Shown here: positions 1 to 7,299 of the stretch, piece after piece
Layout: the number at the start of each line of letters is the position of its first letter
How positions within the stretch are numbered: the first letter of the stretch is position 1
IMG/VR virus record: IMGVR_UViG_3300028549_002200
Length of the DNA stretch: 50,224 nucleotides
DNA from: a virus
Strand: one strand, 5' to 3'
The notes under the pieces: generated by a model
Database searches by the model: none
Told to the model about the DNA's origin: nothing
The model's input: only the letters and a program-made list of their open reading frames with translations
Made by a program: the position numbers and the translations under genes

Positions 1-200
1 GTCAAAAATCTGTGGTGAAGCCTTGGTACCATTTTACCAAAGGCTATGATATCTTCTTTGATTTTTCCTAAAACAATTTCTCCGTCGAGTTTTACGAGTT
101 CTCGCTTGTCTTTTGAAAGATATTCTTTTATATTCTTGAATATCTTTTCTGATAGCTCTTCTCCGATTTGCTCATCGAGTTTTTCTTTTTCTGTTTTCAT
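1..200 (-). CDS. Duplicate partial copy (5' part) of the 100-aa hypothetical gene annotated at 49867..50169
   Basis: Lies inside the terminal repeat. The start codon at 200..198 corresponds to 50169..50167. Confidence 0.5.
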   Translation of the reverse strand, partial: MKTEKEKLDEQIGEELSEKIFKNIKEYLSKDKRELVKLDGEIVLGKIKEDIIAFGKMVPRLHHRFL

Positions 201-255
201 GACATACTCACCATCTTTAACATCATAAGTATTGACATAATTGTCAACACCACAA
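1..255. repeat. Left copy of an exact 255-bp direct repeat, identical to 49970..50224. Likely a circular or circularly permuted assembly overlap; unit genome length 49,969 bp.
   Basis: Base-by-base identity read in the sequence. The ORF-track entries 46..228 and 50015..50197 have identical translations, offset by 49969. The repeat lies inside coding sequence. Confidence 0.9.
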
Positions 256-391
256 TGTCAAATTTCTTTTTAATTGCATACCACATTTTTGATACTCCTT
301 TCTTTATCAAATCTTTCAGTAAATAGATCATTTCCCATGTTTTAATCATGAGAAATCGAATCCCCTCTTGCATTGCCTCCTGATGTTCCAT
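197..391 (-). CDS. Hypothetical 64-aa protein
   Basis: The sequence AAAGGAGGAAG lies 3 nt upstream of the ATG. ATGA start/stop overlap with the next leftward gene. Confidence 0.5.
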   Translation of the reverse strand: MEHQEAMQEGIRFLMIKTWEMIYLLKDLIKKGVSKMWYAIKKKFDIVVLTIMSILMMLKMVSMS

Positions 392-548
392 TTTCTTCCT
401 CCTTTATTGTTAGGTTTTCCATTGTTAGAATAAGAAAATCACCGCCTGTTATTATTTCTGTTTTTACGTTCTGTTTATCATTGTTAAAGAGAAAATCAAA
501 GATGATCGGAGAAAGGATATATATTGTTTTTTCCGGTGGGTAACAGAT

Positions 549-674
549 CTATTGTTCTGTAAGTATTTTATCTGGTATTTTTACAAATTGCCCCGTGTCC
601 GTCGGACACATATAACAAGTTTTACTGTCAATACATGTAATGTCGCATCTTTGGATTTGTTCTTTGTATTCCAT
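549..674 (-). CDS. Hypothetical 41-aa Cys-rich peptide (MEYKEQIQRCDITCIDSKTCYMCPTDTGQFVKIPDKILTEQ)
   Basis: Translated by hand; it is below the ORF-track size cutoff. AAGGAAG lies upstream of the ATG. Contains four Cys as CxxxC and CxxC. Confidence 0.3.
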   Translation of the reverse strand: MEYKEQIQRCDITCIDSKTCYMCPTDTGQFVKIPDKILTEQ

Positions 675-685
675 TTTTTACTTCC

Positions 686-937
686 TTATGGTCTTTCAAA
701 AACTCTATCATATTCTAAGTGATGTTTTTGGCATAACAATCTGAGGTTTTGGATATCAGAATTGTTCCCATGTCTCATGTGTGCTACCGTCAAAATAACT
801 CTTGTTCCATTTGGTAATATCTCGTAATTTTTTACATCGCACCACTGACATTTATTATTATAAAACGATTTCATGAAAATAACAATTTCCTTCCAACATT
901 TCGGATAGTTTTTTTTATTTTTCGGTTTTATTGGCAT
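686..937 (-). CDS. HNH endonuclease
   Basis: The sequence CQWCDVKN...TVAHMRHGNNSDIQNLRLLCQKHHLEYD fits the HNH/His-Me finger pattern (CxxC, H, N, CxxHH). Confidence 0.8.
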   Translation of the reverse strand: MPIKPKNKKNYPKCWKEIVIFMKSFYNNKCQWCDVKNYEILPNGTRVILTVAHMRHGNNSDIQNLRLLCQKHHLEYDRVFERP

Positions 938-1586
938 CTTGTAATGTCTTTCCGAATGGCATTCCGTTAGGGTGTGTGCATATGATTAATAATTTTTCAT
1001 AACCTATCCATGATGGAAAATCGTTTTTCATACAAACCCCATCATAGTCCTGAGCCGTAATTTCCGTTGCTTTTCCTGTTTCTCGTATTATCAACCGCTT
1101 TCCTAATAAATGATCTTCTTTCGTGTATGGCGTTACCTGATATTTTAGGCGATCGTAAAACAACAAAGGCCGCACATTATAGCTTAATAAATATTCTTTT
1201 GAATATACTTCTTCGGATGTTGTAGGGTTATTATATTTGCTAAAACTTTGTGTGTTTCCGTATTTTCCATTATAATACAATACTTTTGAATGTCCGCCTA
1301 TAGTTACTTCGCACATGGTTCCTTGTGGTATCTTGTCCCAATCATACAAGCAAAGCTTGTTATTCTTTGATATAATTTCTAATTGATTGTAATTAAACCA
1401 TCCCATCACTTTTTTTTCCGTTTTAACAAGGCAATAATCCGTTTCGTCTACTTCGATTATTATACCAATATCTCCGGCTTCAATCCAGTTTCTTGATGCT
1501 TTTTTCTTTTTATTAATTCTTACTTTGACACCTTTTTTGTAGTTGCTTTTCTGGTAATGTTCTTTTACTAATTCTTTTATTTCCAT
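915..1586 (-). CDS. Hypothetical protein, 223 aa
   Basis: Start moved to the internal MEIKELV codon, which has GGAGGA upstream and lies 2 nt after the preceding stop. Co-oriented with the operon. Confidence 0.6.
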   Translation of the reverse strand: MEIKELVKEHYQKSNYKKGVKVRINKKKKASRNWIEAGDIGIIIEVDETDYCLVKTEKKVMGWFNYNQLEIISKNNKLCLYDWDKIPQGTMCEVTIGGHSKVLYYNGKYGNTQSFSKYNNPTTSEEVYSKEYLLSYNVRPLLFYDRLKYQVTPYTKEDHLLGKRLIIRETGKATEITAQDYDGVCMKNDFPSWIGYEKLLIICTHPNGMPFGKTLQDANKTEK

Positions 1587-1588
1587 GT

Positions 1589-1834
1589 TTATTCCTCCTC
1601 TGGTTTTCTTTTTTTGTTCATCATCTTTTTGGTTATCTTTATAACTTTGCCGTATAATTCTTGTGCGCACTCACGACATAGGTCAAGTTTGTGAGAGCAT
1701 TGTAAAGCAGGATGACGCTTGAAGTCTATAAAGACTGATTCAATCGCATCTGTCCAATGGCGTTTTACTTTATCATCGGAACGGTATTCGACATGACATA
1801 TATCACACTTGTTTACTAAATATTCTTTCTTCAT
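1589..1834 (-). CDS. Small zinc-finger protein, 81 aa, treble-clef/RING-like ligand spacing
   Basis: Ligand pattern is CDIC (C10, C13), then C46-x-H48, then C53-x2-C56, followed by a basic tail. Confidence 0.55.
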   Translation of the reverse strand: MKKEYLVNKCDICHVEYRSDDKVKRHWTDAIESVFIDFKRHPALQCSHKLDLCRECAQELYGKVIKITKKMMNKKRKPEEE

Positions 1835-1839
1835 ATTTA

Positions 1840-2151
1840 TTACCTCTTATAATCTGTGAATCGTTTAGTCCGCAGTAATTCAAGAGCCTTGTTACTCGTT
1901 GCCATATACATTATGTTAAGACTGACAACATCCTTAACTCCGTCGTCATATCCGAGTTGGTATGCAGATTGCTTTGCTTCTGACAAAGCCGTGTCGTATT
2001 CTGTTTTTATTTTAGCAACCTCCTTTTTGTATATCGACACGTATGCATGCTTCTCTATTGCAAGCATTGTAAAAAAATATGCAATCGAAAGTAATACAAT
2101 AATGCCGGCGGATATCATTGTCCTTAAAAGAGTGTCAAAACTAATCTTCAT
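1840..2151 (-). CDS. Small membrane protein, 103 aa, one N-terminal TM helix
   Basis: Start moved to MKISFDTLL, which has AAAGGAG upstream. Hydrophobic segment ISAGIIVLLSIAYFFTMLAI. Confidence 0.6.
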   Translation of the reverse strand: MKISFDTLLRTMISAGIIVLLSIAYFFTMLAIEKHAYVSIYKKEVAKIKTEYDTALSEAKQSAYQLGYDDGVKDVVSLNIMYMATSNKALELLRTKRFTDYKR

Positions 2152-2167
2152 ATGCTTCTCCTTTCTG

Positions 2168-3880
2168 TTACCATTGTTCTTCGTCCCACTTTTCATCTTG
2201 GTTCGACTGTACAAGTCTTGGGAATTCGTTTAGTGAAACTACTTCCTCATAAATAGGAGCATACACAAGATATTCTATTGATTCAGTCAAAAGCGTTTCC
2301 GGTATTAATGTTTTTAGTATTATATCTGATAATAGTTTGCCTGAATAATAATTACAATATTCCGTCTTGAATTTTGTTTCTATTTCTTTTCCGATGTCTT
2401 TTAACTGACAATATGCTGAGCCAAGATTCCATTTTTCTAATCTGTCTTCATATTCCTCTTTTACAAGACTGAATCCTGTTTGTTTGCTTTCGTTTATATC
2501 TCCTTGACAGAAGTTTCCATATCCATATTGGATTTTTCTTATTCTGTCATTGTTTGGGAATGGAAATGTGAATTGTATAATGTCATTTTGTCTTAAAGTG
2601 ACATGAGGCCTTAGATTTATGTTTGGGACAGCAAAAGACGATTGGTATCTTATTCTTGGGTTTATTTTTTTCACTAATACACTGTTATTAAAAAAGAAAT
2701 CATATAAATCGGTATTGTTATTATTTTCTAAGACATCTTTTTTAAATAAAACATTTTCCGTATATAATTCGTCAATAAGTCTATGAAAGCTCGTCCTGTC
2801 TTTTTCAGAAAATTTTTTGTATAATTCACTGTTTTCATCACATATTTCGTTTAAAATTTCATGTATTTCTAATTGAAGATTTTTGTTTAATCTTGTATAA
2901 ACATCGTATGTTATTAACGGTATTTTTACAAGAACATTTGCTGAAAACGTGCCTCCGTTACCAATGCTTACATGTGGCTTGGTTATAAAATTCATGTCTG
3001 TATTTAATTCTATGAATATTATTTCGGGAGCATACGATTTATTGATTTTATAAACAGTGTCCGAATCTTCATACAAATTAATTGTTTTTAACATTGGCAT
3101 AATGAAAGTTTTAACGCTTCTTGTAGTAATCTGATCTATTTCTTTTTGTGGATGTTCGTTTTTCCAATCGTCTTGTCCTTGCATGTGTAATAAAATTAAT
3201 TTTCTTATATCTGTGTATTCTATGTTGTTTCCAATGATGAAGTCTTGTAATCTGTTGGCAACAACTTGTTCCCTTGACACATCGTTTTCTATCATTTGTT
3301 TTGCTTCTTCCATTTCACGTTTTATTTCTTGTCTTGTTTTTACCTCTTTGATTAATAAGCCTTTCACGATTTCTTTTGTGTCAGGGTCTATTTGCGGTGC
3401 TTTTAAAACAGGCATTTCGTGCGTGATAAATTTAATTTCAGTTTCGATTTTAAAGAACTGTCCAAAAGTTAATATTACGGAAAAAATGTAATGGAACAAT
3501 GAATTTTCTGCAAAGCCATCATGAACATTAAGACGCACTTTGTTTTTTGTCAAAATAAGAACAGTTATTTGTTGAAGATAATTTTCTTGTCTTAAATTAT
3601 CTCCTTTGACTGGAGTTCTTAATGCTTTGATAAATATTGTCCCACCTAATATTTCTGTCACAAAGCTTAAATGGATTAAGTCTCCCGTCATTCCATAACC
3701 AAATTCACGAGTATTAGAGGTGTTAATTTTGAATATTCCGTCCCAATTTGACAGTGTCTCTTCAAGCATTTCGTGTATCTTTTCTATTCCCGACTGATTT
3801 AATTGCACTGATTTTTTTTCGAACATATAATAATTGTCATATGTGTTCATTACCCGATTATCTCTTCCAATTAATAACAT
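2168..3880 (-). CDS. Hypothetical 570-aa protein in the E1-like/JAB operon
   Basis: AAAGGAG upstream of the ATG. Starts 16 nt after the E1-like stop codon. No motif recognised by eye. Confidence 0.7.
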   Translation of the reverse strand: MLLIGRDNRVMNTYDNYYMFEKKSVQLNQSGIEKIHEMLEETLSNWDGIFKINTSNTREFGYGMTGDLIHLSFVTEILGGTIFIKALRTPVKGDNLRQENYLQQITVLILTKNKVRLNVHDGFAENSLFHYIFSVILTFGQFFKIETEIKFITHEMPVLKAPQIDPDTKEIVKGLLIKEVKTRQEIKREMEEAKQMIENDVSREQVVANRLQDFIIGNNIEYTDIRKLILLHMQGQDDWKNEHPQKEIDQITTRSVKTFIMPMLKTINLYEDSDTVYKINKSYAPEIIFIELNTDMNFITKPHVSIGNGGTFSANVLVKIPLITYDVYTRLNKNLQLEIHEILNEICDENSELYKKFSEKDRTSFHRLIDELYTENVLFKKDVLENNNNTDLYDFFFNNSVLVKKINPRIRYQSSFAVPNINLRPHVTLRQNDIIQFTFPFPNNDRIRKIQYGYGNFCQGDINESKQTGFSLVKEEYEDRLEKWNLGSAYCQLKDIGKEIETKFKTEYCNYYSGKLLSDIILKTLIPETLLTESIEYLVYAPIYEEVVSLNEFPRLVQSNQDEKWDEEQW

Positions 3881-3895
3881 ATTTTTCTCCTTTTG

Positions 3896-5245
3896 TTAAA
3901 ATGGTAATTGCTCTTCTATTTGATCAAATGTTTTGGCTTCTATGATTTTTTTTACGCTTGTCAAAAATAACGTATTTAAGTCTTGCTCTTGATGTCGTGC
4001 GAATAAAGATAATTTTTTATATTCTTCGAAATCAAAACACGATGCCTGTTCATAGGCGATCTTATTTTCTTTAATTTCGCATATAGATTCTTTTAGCTTT
4101 TTAAATGCTATTTCTATATTATTCAAAGCATCTACTGTTGCGTATTGCTTGGTTGCATTATCTACATAGTCCATGTCCAGTTCGTCAAGGTCATTGATGA
4201 TAAAATCATCAAACTGGTCAAGAAATGTTGGTTCAGGACACAGGTCTTCGCTTACCGCAACCCTGATTTTTAATATCTCGATTAAGTCTCTTGCTTTTTG
4301 AATATTCTGGTTTATTAGCAAAGAAACTATAATCATTAAAACATTTCGAAGAGTTCTCGTGTCAACGATTAGGTTAAATGCGCTTTTCAAAAAAGATTCT
4401 TCTGCTAATTCTTCATCATAAGCAAGACGTCTTATTAAATTTGACCAAAATATATTTTCACGGAAATTCTTTTCCGGCAAAAAAGGATTAAACGTTTTCA
4501 TTTTATGAAAATTAATTTTCAGTTCCGGGAATGACATTGATTTTGTATACTCGAAAATTCCGTCAGGCACATCAATGCTTTCATAAAATGTTTCTTTTTC
4601 ATTTCTGACAAAATTTTGTAACATTTCGTTTTCTGCTTTTAACAACTTCCAATAATATGCACCGGCCACAACAGAACTGATCGAAGTTCTTGGTTGAAGA
4701 TAATTTACCTGCATTCCTGTATTTACCCACAAAGAATCAAGATTTCTTGCCGGGAAAAGCTTAAAGCTTTCCCCGTCATACCCAAACGACAATAAACTTG
4801 TTGCATAGTCGTTGTTTTTGAATGTTTCTTCAAGTATCAACATGTCCGATGCGTCTCTCCCCTCTATTATATACACACCGTTGTCCCATGATACCTTGTT
4901 CATAAATCCTTCTTTTGCTCTTTCGAAGAATGGTTTTATTGTCACTAATGGTCTTTGTTTAAGGCCTCGCTTGTATCGATCTCCGATCATGCTTATTATA
5001 TAATCCTTGAATGCCAAAACCTTTGGTAATCCCACGTTAGATGGATTCGCATAAGCAAGCGTTTCTATGTTTTTTCTTGAAACAATATCATCGTCAAACA
5101 ATGTGATAATTATGTTCTTCGAAGAGTGTCTGACGGGGTTTAATATCACGTCTTTTACAAAATGATATGCTACTTGCGATGATAAGCTCCCACATCCTAT
5201 GAATACATAAGAATCACACATTATTCCCGTTTTACAATTTATCAT
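3896..5245 (-). CDS. ThiF/MoeB/E1-like adenylyltransferase superfamily protein, divergent
   Basis: N-terminal Rossmann signature VFIGCGSLSS (GxGxxS). It is followed by ITLFDDDIVSRKNI, which matches the ThiF pattern D-x-D-x-V-x3-N-L/I position for position. VGLPKVLAFKDYI and IIEGRDASD follow in the expected order. The canonical RQ pair is absent. Confidence 0.6.
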   Translation of the reverse strand: MINCKTGIMCDSYVFIGCGSLSSQVAYHFVKDVILNPVRHSSKNIIITLFDDDIVSRKNIETLAYANPSNVGLPKVLAFKDYIISMIGDRYKRGLKQRPLVTIKPFFERAKEGFMNKVSWDNGVYIIEGRDASDMLILEETFKNNDYATSLLSFGYDGESFKLFPARNLDSLWVNTGMQVNYLQPRTSISSVVAGAYYWKLLKAENEMLQNFVRNEKETFYESIDVPDGIFEYTKSMSFPELKINFHKMKTFNPFLPEKNFRENIFWSNLIRRLAYDEELAEESFLKSAFNLIVDTRTLRNVLMIIVSLLINQNIQKARDLIEILKIRVAVSEDLCPEPTFLDQFDDFIINDLDELDMDYVDNATKQYATVDALNNIEIAFKKLKESICEIKENKIAYEQASCFDFEEYKKLSLFARHQEQDLNTLFLTSVKKIIEAKTFDQIEEQLPF

Positions 5246-5256
5246 TTTATTCTCCT

Positions 5257-6762
5257 TTATTCTTGGAAAAATCCCGACAAACCATCGTAGCTATCTCGAT
5301 TGTTTGTTGCCAATGTCTTTTTATAGCTATCTTTATATAGCTCGCTGTATTTCGTTTCGTATGTATACGTTTTTTCTTTTATGTTTTCAATTCCGTCAAC
5401 CTGTATTTCTGAGGTTACATTTATCACAAATGCATTTTTGTCAAGAAGCAAGTAGTCTGAGTCCGAGAGCTTGACTTGATAGCTTAGATCGCATAATTGT
5501 GCATCTGAGTTGAATAATATCGAGAGATCATGGTTTTCGTTTATTGTCCTTCTGTCTGTGGTTGAAAATGATGTTGATCCTCCTCCCGGATGTGTGTGTA
5601 TTATTGCATACATATCTGGTATTTTCGTTGAGTCGTCGATGTAGTTTACTGCTGCTGCTGAGTTTTCCTGTTTTGGTATGATGTATTTTCTGTCTCCGTC
5701 AATGTCCATGACTTCTATTTCTAACCCATTTACTTTATACGGAACAAAAATAGATATTTCTATTCTTTTTCCTGTTTTTTCAAGGCATTTCCTTACTATT
5801 TTGACGACATTATCGTCAATGGACATTTTCATTTTAGGTTCTATTTTAATTCTATGATTTGTCCATTCTAACTCTTCTTCTTTGATTAGCGCGGTTTGTC
5901 CGTATTCTTTTTCATTTCCATTTCCATTTTCATTGTTTAATTTATCAAACAATTCGTTTCCATGTTCTATCATGTCAAAGATTTCTATTTCAGTTTCTTG
6001 CGAAAATTCTATTAACTCGTCACTTAGAAATAATTGTAATTCGTCTGCGTTGTTCTTTGTGAAAAAATCCATAAGGATATCTTTTTGTTCTGTCTCTGCT
6101 ACAAATTCTCCATATCCAAGATCTTTGATGTGTTTGTCTAAAGTCATTTCTGATCCTGTTCCTGATATTGTTTCTACTGGAGATTGAAATCCGTTATACA
6201 GTATCATAAGTTCAAGGGTGAACATTGTTATAAGTTTCGCGGGTAGGCTCTTTTCCGTAAGCAGCCCTCTTATTATGCTTATTTCATTTGAAAGTATTGA
6301 AAATGTTTGTGCTGCGTATTCTCCTAATAACGCATTGTATATGCCCTGTGCCTCTATATTTGTTTGCTCTGCTATTTTGCTGATTGTCTTGATCATTATT
6401 AAACACAATAGTATTGTCATTCTTTTTCTTGAAAACCACTCAGAATTGAACATGTCTTTTGGTTTGTAGTTAAAATCATTAACTTGCTTGTACATGCTTT
6501 GACAGATTAACCCTGTATTGCATTTTACTTTTTGCTTTTTTAATATTTCGCAGATTGTTGTCGTGAAGGCATATGCAATTTCCATCATAACCATATTGAC
6601 CGATGTTGTGTGTCTTCCCGGTTCTGTTATTTTTTTAATGTCTTTCATTGCGTAATATTTTACCCCCATTGTCCCTAAAACAAGTTTCACTGATGCGCTT
6701 GTTGTATCTTGTTTTCCCTTTAATACTTCAATGCATGTAGGTTCAGTTAATAATGTATACAT
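5257..6762 (-). CDS. Protein with a C-terminal JAB/MPN (JAMM) metallo-isopeptidase-like domain, 501 aa
   Basis: IIHTHPGGGSTSFSTTD reads as H-x-H-x8-S-x2-D, one residue longer than canonical JAMM. An upstream Glu is available in RIEISIF. The N-terminal ~320 aa are unassigned. Confidence 0.6.
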   Translation of the reverse strand: MYTLLTEPTCIEVLKGKQDTTSASVKLVLGTMGVKYYAMKDIKKITEPGRHTTSVNMVMMEIAYAFTTTICEILKKQKVKCNTGLICQSMYKQVNDFNYKPKDMFNSEWFSRKRMTILLCLIMIKTISKIAEQTNIEAQGIYNALLGEYAAQTFSILSNEISIIRGLLTEKSLPAKLITMFTLELMILYNGFQSPVETISGTGSEMTLDKHIKDLGYGEFVAETEQKDILMDFFTKNNADELQLFLSDELIEFSQETEIEIFDMIEHGNELFDKLNNENGNGNEKEYGQTALIKEEELEWTNHRIKIEPKMKMSIDDNVVKIVRKCLEKTGKRIEISIFVPYKVNGLEIEVMDIDGDRKYIIPKQENSAAAVNYIDDSTKIPDMYAIIHTHPGGGSTSFSTTDRRTINENHDLSILFNSDAQLCDLSYQVKLSDSDYLLLDKNAFVINVTSEIQVDGIENIKEKTYTYETKYSELYKDSYKKTLATNNRDSYDGLSGFFQE

Positions 6763-6766
6763 TTTG

Positions 6767-7003
6767 TTATCCTTTCGTTTGGTTTAGCTCGAGCCACATG
6801 ATCAAACCTTTCATCAAACCGAGGTTAAAGGCATCTAATTCCTCCTTTGTTTTGAATTCTGCGAGTTTGTATTCTTCATTGCTTGGTTTTTCTTTGTCTT
6901 TATATACAAGCAATGCCACGTTATCCTTGTTGTAATAAGTAAAGCATGGAATAAGCGTGCTTAAAATTCCGCTTATTGCTTCGTCGATGGTTACAAACTC
7001 CAT
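6767..7003 (-). CDS. Hypothetical 78-aa protein ending in ...NQTKG (C-terminal Gly)
   Basis: TAGGAGGAC lies 3 nt upstream of the ATG. Its stop codon is 4 nt before the start of the JAB gene. Confidence 0.65.
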   Translation of the reverse strand: MEFVTIDEAISGILSTLIPCFTYYNKDNVALLVYKDKEKPSNEEYKLAEFKTKEELDAFNLGLMKGLIMWLELNQTKG

Positions 7004-7025
7004 TTTGTCCTCCTATTTTTTTTAA

Positions 7026-7058
7026 GGGAGCAGGTTTTTCTGCTCCCTAACCGGTTAG
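7026..7058. promoter_or_regulatory. 8-bp stem hairpin (GGGAGCAG-gttttt-CTGCTCCC) abutting a perfect 12-bp palindrome CTAACCGGTTAG
   Basis: Read directly in the sequence. Sits in the 58-nt gap between the 72-aa gene and the first gene of the E1-like/JAB operon. No U-tract follows it on the transcribed (minus) strand. Confidence 0.5.
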
Positions 7059-7061
7059 GTG

Positions 7062-7280
7062 TTAGTTTCTTGGCTGATCTCTATTCTCGATTACAAGTTC
7101 CTGTATTGTGTCAAATCGTTCTGCAATTTCTCTTGGCGAAACTCGCTCCCCATTGAGTTTCACGTTGTAGTTTTTGATTTTGAGATCAAAGGTTATGTCC
7201 GAAATTGCTGTTTTTAGTTCTTTTATGTCTGCTACGTTTTTGATGTAAGTTTCGTTACCTACTTTAATTTTTAATTCCAT
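7062..7280 (-). CDS. Hypothetical 72-aa protein with a beta-grasp-like (ThiS/MoaD/Ub-like) pattern
   Basis: Start moved to MELKIKV, with AAAGGAG 6 nt upstream. The alternation strand-strand-helix-strand (KLNGERV)-...-strand (ELVIEN) resembles ThiS. The protein ends DQPRN, with no terminal Gly. Confidence 0.55.
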   Translation of the reverse strand: MELKIKVGNETYIKNVADIKELKTAISDITFDLKIKNYNVKLNGERVSPREIAERFDTIQELVIENRDQPRN

Positions 7281-7299
7281 TTTATGCTCCTTTTGTTGG

